DNA from: a virus
Length of the DNA stretch: 41,388 bases
Direction: 5' to 3' (one strand)
IMG/VR virus record: IMGVR_UViG_2648501563_000004
Shown here piece by piece: positions 16,019-22,712 of this stretch. The stretch's first letter is position 1; each line of letters opens with the position of its first letter. The notes below the pieces were generated by a model, which was given only the letters and a program-made list of their open reading frames with translations, had not been told where the DNA came from and searched no databases. The position numbers and the translations under genes were made by a program.

Positions 16019-16305
16019 ATTTTCTCGTATTTAATAATTAAAGAATCTAATTCTTTCTTTATTTTTTTAGCTTCTTCAATAGTCGTTTTCAAAACATCAC
16101 TAACAGTTATACATTTCATTATAGATTCAATTTCATCACCATCGCTCATATCAGCTGAATCAACCCATTCAATGTCATGTAATGCTTTTGCAATTAAATG
16201 TAAGTGTATGCCAAATGCTTTTCTTGTTGGGTTTTTATCACTTGATAATATACAGGCTGCATCTTCAACTTTATAGCACAGATAATCGTAACTTCCACCG
16301 CTCAT
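16015..16305 (-). CDS. Conserved phage hypothetical protein (96 aa)
   Basis: MSGGSYDYLCYKVEDAA ... LIAKALHDIEWVDSADMSDGDE resembles a recurrent phage early-protein family of unknown function. Confidence 0.6.
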   Translation of the reverse strand: MSGGSYDYLCYKVEDAACILSSDKNPTRKAFGIHLHLIAKALHDIEWVDSADMSDGDEIESIMKCITVSDVLKTTIEEAKKIKKELDSLIIKYEKI

Positions 16306-16424
16306 AAAATCTCTTAATTTTCAGTTGTACGATTTTATCGTACGATTGATTTTTATAGGGTTGCCTATCACGCTAGACAACCCATTCGTTATTATTATTG
16401 AATGTCAATCTTTACTAATATCTA

Positions 16425-17087
16425 CTAAATTAGTAGATCTTTCCATGCTTCACCTCTAACGATCTTTCCAATTTGACCTACCGAAACTCCATATTCCTTT
16501 GCTAAATCTTTCTGAAAAGTTTTTCTTTTTTTATATTTGCTTCTGATTTCAATAATCTGATCTTTAGAAAGTTTTGTATTATGCCTAGCTTTTTCACCTT
16601 GTGTTTGTCTATTTTTATTCAACATATCATTTAAATTTTCATGATAAGTTCCTGTAAATAAATGATCAGGATTGCAACAGATTCTATTATCACATTTATG
16701 ACATACATAAAGACCTTCAGGTATTTTTCCTTTATATATAGTCCAAGAAACTCGATGGCATCTTAAAGTTGATTGTCGATAAGTCATCATTCCATAACCA
16801 GCTTGATCTTTATTTAATTGCCATTCCCAACAACCATTCTCATTAATCCTTATTCGATCAGTAATTCTTTTTTTCAATCGTTCATGATACTTTTCATCTG
16901 GTGGACTTTTTTTACATCCACATGAAACTTGATGATATTTCCCTTTTTCTTTAAAAAGCCTTGTAGAAATTTTATTTCCACATTCGCATTCACATTTCCA
17001 ATAACACCCTAATTTTGTTTCATCAAGGCCTATTACATTTAATAGGCCTATTTTTTTTCCAGTATGATCAATCTTTCTCATTTTCAA
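16425..17087 (-). CDS. HNH homing endonuclease (HNH_3-like) with a C-terminal HTH
   Basis: GCWEWQ..GYG..CHRVSWTIYKGKIPEGLYVCHKCDNRICCNPDHLFTGTYHENLNDM is the HNH_3 signature. The C-terminal KDLAKEYGVSVGQIGKIVRGEAW is an HTH. It is inserted between recT and the downstream genes. Confidence 0.85.
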   Translation of the reverse strand: MKMRKIDHTGKKIGLLNVIGLDETKLGCYWKCECECGNKISTRLFKEKGKYHQVSCGCKKSPPDEKYHERLKKRITDRIRINENGCWEWQLNKDQAGYGMMTYRQSTLRCHRVSWTIYKGKIPEGLYVCHKCDNRICCNPDHLFTGTYHENLNDMLNKNRQTQGEKARHNTKLSKDQIIEIRSKYKKRKTFQKDLAKEYGVSVGQIGKIVRGEAWKDLLI

Positions 17088-17868
17088 TAATATCTTTTTG
17101 TTCAGTTATGTCAATCTGCTTTACATTTGATTCAATTTGCTTCAATGCAGCTAATTTTATTCTTGTGTATGTTTCTTCAGCTATCTGTTCAAAACTATAG
17201 ATATTCATTTTTTCTAGAGTAGTCCATACTTGGTTTTTGTATGATTCAGGACATTGATTAATCAAATAAGCTAACTCATCTACTTTTTCTTTGCTTATAG
17301 TAGTTTTTATTTCTTCAAAATCAGCTTCTTTTGAAATTTGTCTAGGATTATCAATAATTCCGTCTCGAACTTCACCTTCAACATAGCACCCTTTTATTAC
17401 ATCAGGATATAATTGTCGAGCCAATCTTGTTAATGCTCTAGCAAAAAGCATGTCTTCAGCATATTTTTCCCAAACATTTTTATATATACCGGCTTTCTTA
17501 GCGTCTTCTATTGAAAAAGAGCATGTCCACGTATCTCCATTATCAGATCTCTTACCATGTAGAATACAAATCTTAGTGTCTGACTTAGGATCTTTTGTAA
17601 TACTATGACCAGCTCTACGTATTAGATAATTCATAGAATTGGCAGAGAGTTCCACTTTCCCGTTAACATAATACATTGCTCCGCCAACTGCTTCTAAAGG
17701 TGATATTCCTACAGTATGTGCTTTCTGAATTATTGCAAAGATTCCATCCATTCCTAGTTTTGCGTAATGAGGAACACTCATTAACATTTTACACATCTTT
17801 TGCGTACTCTCAATCTGCATCAACGATGCGCTAAAATCATCTTCTCTAACGACCATTTCATTGCTCAT
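17068..17868 (-). CDS. recT: RecT/Red-beta-type single-strand annealing protein
   Basis: GISPLEAVGGAMYYVNGKVELSANSMNYLIRRAGHSI ... WEKYAEDMLFARALTRLARQLYPDVI follows the RecT pattern. A YqaJ exonuclease is in the same operon. Confidence 0.7.
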   Translation of the reverse strand: MSNEMVVREDDFSASLMQIESTQKMCKMLMSVPHYAKLGMDGIFAIIQKAHTVGISPLEAVGGAMYYVNGKVELSANSMNYLIRRAGHSITKDPKSDTKICILHGKRSDNGDTWTCSFSIEDAKKAGIYKNVWEKYAEDMLFARALTRLARQLYPDVIKGCYVEGEVRDGIIDNPRQISKEADFEEIKTTISKEKVDELAYLINQCPESYKNQVWTTLEKMNIYSFEQIAEETYTRIKLAALKQIESNVKQIDITEQKDIIENEKD

Positions 17869-17884
17869 TTTTCTTCTCCTTTTC

Positions 17885-18166
17885 TTACTCTTCTTTTAAT
17901 TCTCTAAATGATAATAGGCCCATATTAATTTCATCTTGCATAAGTTTCGTCGCTAATTTCTCTCCAACACCATTACAAAGACAAAATGTTAAATATTGGA
18001 GAATAGTTTTAACGACAACGCCGTGAGATATACCGTATTCATTAGCAATTTCTTCCATAAATTTGCCCATTTTTTCAGACATTTCTATTTGTGACACTCT
18101 ATCGCTTAAAAAAGCAATGGAGTTTTTTATCTTAGCCTCCGGGCTTATTAGGTCATCTTCATTCAT
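17885..18166 (-). CDS. Hypothetical early protein (93 aa)
   Basis: ORF in the operon. No motif recognised. Confidence 0.5.
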   Translation of the reverse strand: MNEDDLISPEAKIKNSIAFLSDRVSQIEMSEKMGKFMEEIANEYGISHGVVVKTILQYLTFCLCNGVGEKLATKLMQDEINMGLLSFRELKEE

Positions 18167-18356
18167 TGGTTAAATCCTTTAAATCCTTTAAATCGGATCT
18201 TATATCTGAAATTGTATATAACAAAACATTTGCATTTAATTGATAGTTACTCGATAAATATGAAAGTTCAAGAATAAGATTCTTTTTAATCTCTTCTATT
18301 TTCAATTGTAATTCTACAAGTTTTTCGTCTAGTTTATCTATTTGTTCTTTATTCAT
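18159..18356 (-). CDS. Small coiled-coil protein (65 aa)
   Basis: The start at MNKEQIDKL gives an ATGA overlap with the stop of 18353..18712. The ORF-track start at 18422 is unlikely. Confidence 0.5.
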   Translation of the reverse strand: MNKEQIDKLDEKLVELQLKIEEIKKNLILELSYLSSNYQLNANVLLYTISDIRSDLKDLKDLTNE

Positions 18357-18712
18357 AGATAGCTCCTTAAATCGGAAAGATATTCTTCCCAGTATGTAGG
18401 TGTGTGATCTGTATGTTTCCAATTGTATTTTTCATCTGTTCTCATTTTAAACATGTGATAGAAATCATTAAAATACTGGTTAACATATTCAACCCAGACT
18501 CCATTGTCGTGCATAAGTTTTTTAAGATTTTCGACACTTACAGGAAAATCTAATTCGAGAGTGTCCTCGAATCTATCTGTGACATATTCATCGAAACAGA
18601 CTTGAAGATTATCATTAAAATATAGATATTCATCGTATTCATTTTCATCCACATTAATAAACCCTTTTGTCTTCAGCGTTTCCCTCGCCTCAACTTCATA
18701 TGTATTCATCAT
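18353..18712 (-). CDS. First gene of the leftward early operon (119 aa), acidic
   Basis: AAGGA RBS. It lies directly downstream of the divergent promoter region. Confidence 0.6.
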   Translation of the reverse strand: MMNTYEVEARETLKTKGFINVDENEYDEYLYFNDNLQVCFDEYVTDRFEDTLELDFPVSVENLKKLMHDNGVWVEYVNQYFNDFYHMFKMRTDEKYNWKHTDHTPTYWEEYLSDLRSYL

Positions 18713-18726
18713 GATTCCTTTTGTTA

Positions 18727-18755
18727 TTGACAGTTTTTCTGTCGATATCTATAAT
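18727..18755 (+). promoter_or_regulatory. Rightward early promoter, perfect sigma70 consensus
   Basis: TTGACA (18727-18732), a 17-nt spacer, then TATAAT (18750-18755). It sits upstream of the HTH gene. Confidence 0.7.
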
Positions 18756-18781
18756 ATACAACATATGCGGATTATCCGCAA
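18753..18781 (-). promoter_or_regulatory. Leftward early promoter candidate
   Basis: On the minus strand: TTGCGG (complement of 18776-18781), 17 nt, TATATT (complement of 18753-18758). Its -10 overlaps the -10 of the rightward promoter. Confidence 0.45.
18767..18779. promoter_or_regulatory. Palindromic operator candidate GCGGA-TTA-TCCGC
   Basis: A perfect 5+5 inverted repeat. It lies just downstream of the rightward -10 and overlaps the leftward -35. Confidence 0.4.
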
Positions 18782-18831
18782 GCGAAAAAAGAAAGAAAAT
18801 AAAAAAAAGTAAAAAAAACGGAGTCAAGCCA

Positions 18832-19155
18832 ATGAAAATTAAGGACTATCTACACTTTGCAAATATCAACAAAAAAGACTTTTCTCGTATGTCTGGAGTA
18901 TGTGAACCTACCCTCTACAATATGATTCGGGGCGGTAATTGCACATTGTATAACGCCGCTAAAGTCGTATTTGCGACACGAGGGGTTGTAACATATGAGG
19001 ATTTACTCCCAGAAGATTTATTAGAGTCATTCAATAAAGACAAAGTCCAGCAACATGATAGTCCAACGCAATTAAAATTGCCTTCAAACGAGGAATTGTT
19101 GGAAAATGCACGTAAGGCGCGATGGGACTCTAAATTTACTGGGATGTGTTGCTAA
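18832..19155 (+). CDS. Cro/CI-like helix-turn-helix regulator (107 aa)
   Basis: GGAG RBS before the ATG at 18832. NKKDFSRMSGVCEPTLYNMIRGG is an XRE-like HTH. It is the first gene after the consensus promoter. The ORF track TTG start at 18721 would span the promoter. Confidence 0.7.
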   Translation: MKIKDYLHFANINKKDFSRMSGVCEPTLYNMIRGGNCTLYNAAKVVFATRGVVTYEDLLPEDLLESFNKDKVQQHDSPTQLKLPSNEELLENARKARWDSKFTGMCC

Positions 19156-19281
19156 ATAAAAAACCCCTCTTTTTAGGGAGGGGCCAAAATGGAATGAAAA
19201 TGTTCGGTTTTCATTCAATACAAAAGTAACAAGGTCATATGCCAATGTACGCAGTAACACATCCTGCGCACAAAGTGGGAT
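19156..19281 (-). ncRNA. Candidate ~120-nt small RNA (OOP-like) ending in an intrinsic terminator
   Basis: Minus-strand promoter TTGTGT-17-TATACT (19288-19316). A 9-bp hairpin spans 19192-19216. The terminator stem CCCCTC/GAGGGG (19164-19183) is followed on the minus strand by TTTTTTATTT, which abuts the stop codon of the HTH gene. Confidence 0.35.
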
Positions 19282-19287
19282 GAACAT

Positions 19288-19316
19288 AGTATATGAAATT
19301 ATAGGATTTAACACAA
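19288..19316 (-). promoter_or_regulatory. Minus-strand promoter candidate for the small RNA
   Basis: TTGTGT (complement of 19311-19316), a 17-nt spacer, TATACT (complement of 19288-19293). Confidence 0.4.
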
Positions 19317-19324
19317 AGGTAATC

Positions 19325-19549
19325 ATGACAAGATGCCAACATTGTAACAAACTGACTCATTCAGAGCATTTAGACGTCTATTATGACATGAGCGATCAGG
19401 ATAAAATAATTGAATTGGAAACAATGGAGTTTTGGACCCCAAAATTCATGTATTCACCTTATGATGAACGAATGAATAATCCAAACGAATATGGAAAACT
19501 TAAAGTCGGGGATATCATCATACATTTTATAGAGAAAGGGGAATCATGA
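19325..19549 (+). CDS. Small Cys-containing protein (74 aa)
   Basis: AAGGTAA RBS before the ATG at 19325 (MTRCQHCNK..). ATGA overlap with the next gene. Confidence 0.55.
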   Translation: MTRCQHCNKLTHSEHLDVYYDMSDQDKIIELETMEFWTPKFMYSPYDERMNNPNEYGKLKVGDIIIHFIEKGES

Positions 19550-19797
19550 ATAACAGCGCATTTTTATATTTCGGTCTATTGCCTGAAATTTGCATACATT
19601 CGCTTATCGAGGATGAATATAGCAAAATGTACACACCTCGCGAGTTTTGCGATTGTGGGTCAAATGAGTGGGTAATTTCGACAATGAAACTGACTGCCGA
19701 TGATTCACCAATACAACTACCACTAAAAGATGTACACCGTTGTAAAAAGTGCGATTCAGTAAGAATGGCGGATCATATTGGAGCCGAAACAGATTGA
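19546..19797 (+). CDS. Small zinc-ribbon-like protein (83 aa)
   Basis: CDCGS...CKKCDS Cys pairs. Translationally coupled. Confidence 0.55.
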   Translation: MNNSAFLYFGLLPEICIHSLIEDEYSKMYTPREFCDCGSNEWVISTMKLTADDSPIQLPLKDVHRCKKCDSVRMADHIGAETD

Positions 19798-19815
19798 TAA
19801 CAAAGGAAAAACGGA

Positions 19816-19992
19816 ATGGATATTGATGAAATTACTGAGGGATATAGATATTCTTATACTAAAGAATGTCAGGTTTGTGGTTTAACACAAGAAATATTAA
19901 CTCAGAGAGATAATTTTCCTGAATATTACACAGAAATTTATTTAAAATGTCAGTGTGGATCATATTTAGAATTTGAGTTACCAGTCAATTAG
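19816..19992 (+). CDS. Small zinc-ribbon-like protein (58 aa), below the ORF-track cut-off
   Basis: Hand translation gives MDIDEITEGYRYSYTKECQVCGL...KCQCGSYLEFELPVN. The stop lies inside the GATTGAGCC junction motif. Confidence 0.45.
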   Translation: MDIDEITEGYRYSYTKECQVCGLTQEILTQRDNFPEYYTEIYLKCQCGSYLEFELPVN

Positions 19993-20008
19993 ATTGAGCC
20001 AAAAGGAG
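19992..20008 (+). repeat. Gene-junction motif GATTGAGCCAAAAGGAG, copy 1
   Basis: The same 15-17-mer recurs at 20208-20224 and 20544-20558, and in degenerate form at about 20383-20395. Confidence 0.8.
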
Positions 20009-20012
20009 GATT

Positions 20013-20213
20013 ATGAGAGATAAATTTTATAAAATATATATACACCATGAACATTTATTATTTTTGGATTGGTTATTAAATCATGTTCCAAAATTAACAA
20101 ATATGACAAAATCTGTCGAATTATCTAAAGAACTTAAAGAGGCCACAAGCCAAGCGTTGAAAAAAGTTCCGCGAATATTTGAAATTCAGATTGATGATTC
20201 CGATTACGATTGA
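20013..20213 (+). CDS. Hypothetical small protein (66 aa)
   Basis: AGGAGG RBS supplied by the junction motif. The stop TGA lies inside the next copy of the motif. Confidence 0.55.
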   Translation: MRDKFYKIYIHHEHLLFLDWLLNHVPKLTNMTKSVELSKELKEATSQALKKVPRIFEIQIDDSDYD

Positions 20214-20224
20214 GCCAAAAGGAG
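20208..20224 (+). repeat. Gene-junction motif GATTGAGCCAAAAGGAG, copy 2
   Basis: An exact 17-mer repeat spanning a stop codon and the next RBS. Confidence 0.8.
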
Positions 20225-20228
20225 AATT

Positions 20229-20387
20229 ATGAAAGACAATACATACAACGAAATTCTATTACGTTTGAACATGAAAATAGGACAAAGTAACGAGAGAGAT
20301 CTTTATGTTATTTTTGAGACGTTAACAGAGTTATTACAATATCTAGACGAGAAAGAAGACGCTAAGACACGTCCAACTTTCGACTGA
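20229..20387 (+). CDS. Hypothetical small protein (52 aa), below the ORF-track cut-off
   Basis: Hand translation gives MKDNTYNEILLRLNMKIGQSNERDLYVIFETLTELLQYLDEKEDAKTRPTFD. GGAG RBS from the junction motif. Confidence 0.45.
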   Translation: MKDNTYNEILLRLNMKIGQSNERDLYVIFETLTELLQYLDEKEDAKTRPTFD

Positions 20388-20399
20388 AAAGGAGCCTTT

Positions 20400-20570
20400 A
20401 TGAATGATGATAGAGAAATCATATTCAATAAACTCGTAAATGAAAAAGCAACATGTTTAGAATTTGCATTGAATGGCTTTATAAGAATCTATGAAAAAGA
20501 TGAACCCAAATGTGAATGTCAATCATGTGAAAATCTGAAACAGATTGAGCCAAAAGGCCGAAAGTGCTAG
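20400..20570 (+). CDS. Hypothetical small protein (56 aa), below the ORF-track cut-off
   Basis: Hand translation gives MNDDREIIFNKLVNEKATCLEFALNGFIRIYEKDEPKCECQSCENLKQIEPKGRKC. AAGGAG RBS. Confidence 0.45.
   Translation: MNDDREIIFNKLVNEKATCLEFALNGFIRIYEKDEPKCECQSCENLKQIEPKGRKC
20544..20558 (+). repeat. Gene-junction motif GATTGAGCCAAAAGG, copy 3 (read through as coding)
   Basis: A 15-nt match. Here it lies in-frame inside the end of 20400..20570. Confidence 0.7.
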
Positions 20571-20580
20571 GCTTATGAAA
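20557..20580. repeat. 24-nt direct repeat GCCGAAAGTGCTAGGCTTATGAAA (partner at 20763..20786)
   Basis: 22 of 24 positions are identical to 20763-20786. A third degenerate copy, CCGAAAGGTGCTCAGG, lies at about 20587-20602. Confidence 0.75.
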
Positions 20581-20762
20581 TTAAATCCGAAAGGTGCTCA
20601 GGGGCTGCGATAGTGCAACCCCCTAAGATAGACAATAAACGAATCGCAGAAATCTTCACCCTCTGCAAAACGCAATAAGCGATTAAACTTAAGATCATGA
20701 TAGAAAACTCTGGATTAAATCACAATAGAAAAGATTTCCTAGTAGCTTTATTGAGACTTAAT

Positions 20763-20786
20763 GCCGAATTTGCTAGGCTTATGAAA
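20763..20786. repeat. 24-nt direct repeat GCCGAATTTGCTAGGCTTATGAAA (partner at 20557..20580)
   Basis: See the partner copy. It sits in a 320-bp stretch with no ORF upstream of the initiator gene. Confidence 0.75.
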
Positions 20787-20830
20787 CGAAAAGGCCCGAT
20801 TTTGTGGATCGAGCCTTATGTTGCTAAATA

Positions 20831-20861
20831 GCTATAGTGTCGCAGAGAACTTCACTATAGC
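20831..20861. promoter_or_regulatory. 9-bp perfect inverted repeat GCTATAGTG..CACTATAGC just upstream of the initiator gene RBS
   Basis: Arms at 20831-20839 and 20853-20861 with a 13-nt loop, about 20 nt before AAGGAG-GTG at 20894. Confidence 0.4.
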
Positions 20862-20893
20862 AATTTCCTATATTTAAAAACAAGGAGATTGTT

Positions 20894-21769
20894 GTGTCAG
20901 ATCAAAATAAAACAAATTCTAATAATAATGAAGATTTAATTTACATTAATGATGAATCTTCTTTACATCATTTTAGAACTGAAATTCCAAATATCATCTA
21001 TGAGTTAGGTTTATCAGGTGATGAATTTTTTGTATATTCCATTATGAAAAAATCAGCTGGTGATAAAGGAAAATGTACAAAATCAAATAAGACAATTTGT
21101 CAATTAGCAAAAATATCTAAACCATATCTTATTCGAATAAAAAAGAAACTTTCTTCAGTTTTTGAATTAATAAAAAAACCTTTAATTAAAATTACAAAAT
21201 CAACTTCTCATTATGGTGATAGCGATCCTGATATAATCACTATTATTGACATATGGCCTGATAATTTTAATTTTAAAGGGGGTGGTAATCCAGAATTACC
21301 ACCTAGTAATCCAGAATTACCAGGGGGGGTGGTAAACGGCGTTTACCAGGTGGTAAACGCCAGAGGGGGGGGTGGTAAACGGCGTTTACCCAAACAAGAA
21401 CCCACTAAGAAGAACCCATCTTGTTTAACTACCCCTACCCCTTCAAAAGGGGAGTCGTTAGTCGTCGTTATTTCTGAAGAAGATAAAGCAATAGCGAAGA
21501 AGATAAGAGATTTTGTAGATAGCAAAGGTAATGGACTTTCTGAAGATTGGAAGATCTCAATTTCAAAATTAGAAAAGTTATCGGCAATTTATGGGAATAT
21601 TTATCTTGATGAGCAATTCAAATACACTTACAAGCGACAAAAATCTTATATCTCAAATTTAGGAAAAATGCACCCAGATCCTAAATGTAAACCGATTGAT
21701 AAACCGTATGTTTATCTTAAGAGAGCATGTGAAAATAATTGGGCTGAATCTGAAAATAAAAAAGGCTAA
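20894..21769 (+). CDS. Replication initiator-like protein (lambda O-type architecture: N-terminal wHTH, Gly/Pro linker encoded by iterons, C-terminal domain)
   Basis: GTG start with an AAGGAG RBS. The N-terminus EIPNIIYELGLSGDEFFVYSIMKKS...ICQLAKISKPYLIRIKKKL is wHTH-like. The iteron array lies inside the gene. Confidence 0.6.
   Translation: MSDQNKTNSNNNEDLIYINDESSLHHFRTEIPNIIYELGLSGDEFFVYSIMKKSAGDKGKCTKSNKTICQLAKISKPYLIRIKKKLSSVFELIKKPLIKITKSTSHYGDSDPDIITIIDIWPDNFNFKGGGNPELPPSNPELPGGVVNGVYQVVNARGGGGKRRLPKQEPTKKNPSCLTTPTPSKGESLVVVISEEDKAIAKKIRDFVDSKGNGLSEDWKISISKLEKLSAIYGNIYLDEQFKYTYKRQKSYISNLGKMHPDPKCKPIDKPYVYLKRACENNWAESENKKG
21284..21390. repeat. Iteron array (putative origin of replication): four palindromic GGTAA-N7-TTACC sites plus one half-site
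   Basis: The sites are GGTAATCCAGAATTACC (21284), AGTAATCCAGAATTACC (21305), GGTAAACGGCGTTTACC (21331 and 21374) and the half-site GGTAAAC (21352). Spacings are 21/26/21/22 bp. G-runs of 5-8 precede the sites. An AT-rich stretch lies at 21261-21277. Confidence 0.6.
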
Positions 21770-21966
21770 CAGTCGGGAAAGACCATTAGCCCTAAAGGAT
21801 TCGATAATGAAAAACGAAAATTTTTGATTTGTTCGCTATTCATCCTCAGCTTAAACGCTTGACGATTAAACGTCAATGGGCGATATTATTTTTTGCAGAT
21901 AGAATCAGTTCGAACTGCTGCCTTGTAGAAAGAGCGTGAGAATTTTTTCTACAAGGAACTATTTAC

Positions 21967-22037
21967 GACCCTTTCATCTAATTTCCAAGACCCCGAAGCT
22001 ATTTTCGGGTAACCTGCGAGAATAACGCAGAAGGGTC
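21967..22037 (+). other. Cloverleaf-like structured element in a ~450-bp stretch without a convincing ORF (strand uncertain)
   Basis: The closing helix is GACCCTT (21967-73) with AAGGGTC (22031-37). It encloses hairpins CCCGAA/TTCGGG (21992-22009) and CTGCG/CGCAG (22014-22030). An 11-bp hairpin lies upstream at 21921-21956. Confidence 0.3.
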
Positions 22038-22271
22038 ACTTTTTACGGAGATCGTCATAATTCGCTAATTCAGAGGCGGTCTCCACTTTTTAGACCTCTT
22101 CCACTGTGGGCGTGGTGATGAAACGCGCAAAGGTTGGGCCCTTTGGAGGTCTTTTCGGAGATTATCTTTTCATCTCAGTTTTTCGATAATTGCGTGATAA
22201 TCTCCAACTTTGATCGGCATACAATATCGGAAATGGCCTTAAAACGCATAGAATTGACACAGGAAGCGATA

Positions 22272-22712
22272 ATGAATCTCAAAGTTGAAATGAGTCAGCC
22301 AAATGATAAACCTTCCCAAAATCAAAAAGAACCGGGAAATTTGGTATTCGACCTAACAATCGACAATTTCCGACTAACATCCCCAAATCTCCAAGGTAAT
22401 CATTGGACCAAATCCAACAGAGTCAAAAAAGAGAAACGACGTTTCGGTCACGCGCTCATCGAGCATGGATTAACTAACGTACTATTCCATTTGCCTTGCA
22501 CCGTCGTTATCACTCGCATTGCACCTCGACGCATGGATGATGATAATAATATAGGAGCATGTAAGTGCGTCCGAGATATGATTGGGAGCCTTATTATCCC
22601 CGGGAAAAAGCCTGGTCACGCTGATGGCTCTGAGTTCATTAATTGGAAATATGTTCAGGAAAAAGGAGGTAAGGGAAACTATGCAGTACGCATCCAAGTT
22701 TATCAAGTCTAA
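22272..22712 (+). CDS. rusA: RusA-family Holliday junction resolvase
   Basis: SPNLQGNHWTKSNRVKKEKRRF and RMDDDNNIGACKCVRDMIGS match the RusA patterns (HW..R...K.wr and D.DN...K...D). The ATG at 22272 with an AGGAAG RBS is preferred over the ORF-track TTG at 22134. Confidence 0.7.
   Translation: MNLKVEMSQPNDKPSQNQKEPGNLVFDLTIDNFRLTSPNLQGNHWTKSNRVKKEKRRFGHALIEHGLTNVLFHLPCTVVITRIAPRRMDDDNNIGACKCVRDMIGSLIIPGKKPGHADGSEFINWKYVQEKGGKGNYAVRIQVYQV

Noticed and set aside
19084-19350. 88-aa minus-strand ORF between the HTH gene and the next early gene
   Set aside because: It spans an intrinsic terminator hairpin and overlaps the 3' end of the HTH gene. The region is better explained by a non-coding small RNA candidate.
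21284-21390. Short repeats that could be mistaken for a mini CRISPR array
   Set aside because: The repeats are 17-bp palindromes spaced 21-26 bp apart inside a coding region, with no unique spacers of CRISPR size and no cas genes. They fit replication-origin iterons.
21967-22037. Possible tRNA gene (7-bp acceptor-like stem, 5-bp arm with a 7-nt loop, 4-nt variable region)
   Set aside because: The T-loop is AGAATAA rather than TTCRANN. There is no GG in the D-loop. The anticodon arm gives a 6- or 8-nt loop. No CCA or discriminator context is present. I kept it only as a structured-element candidate.
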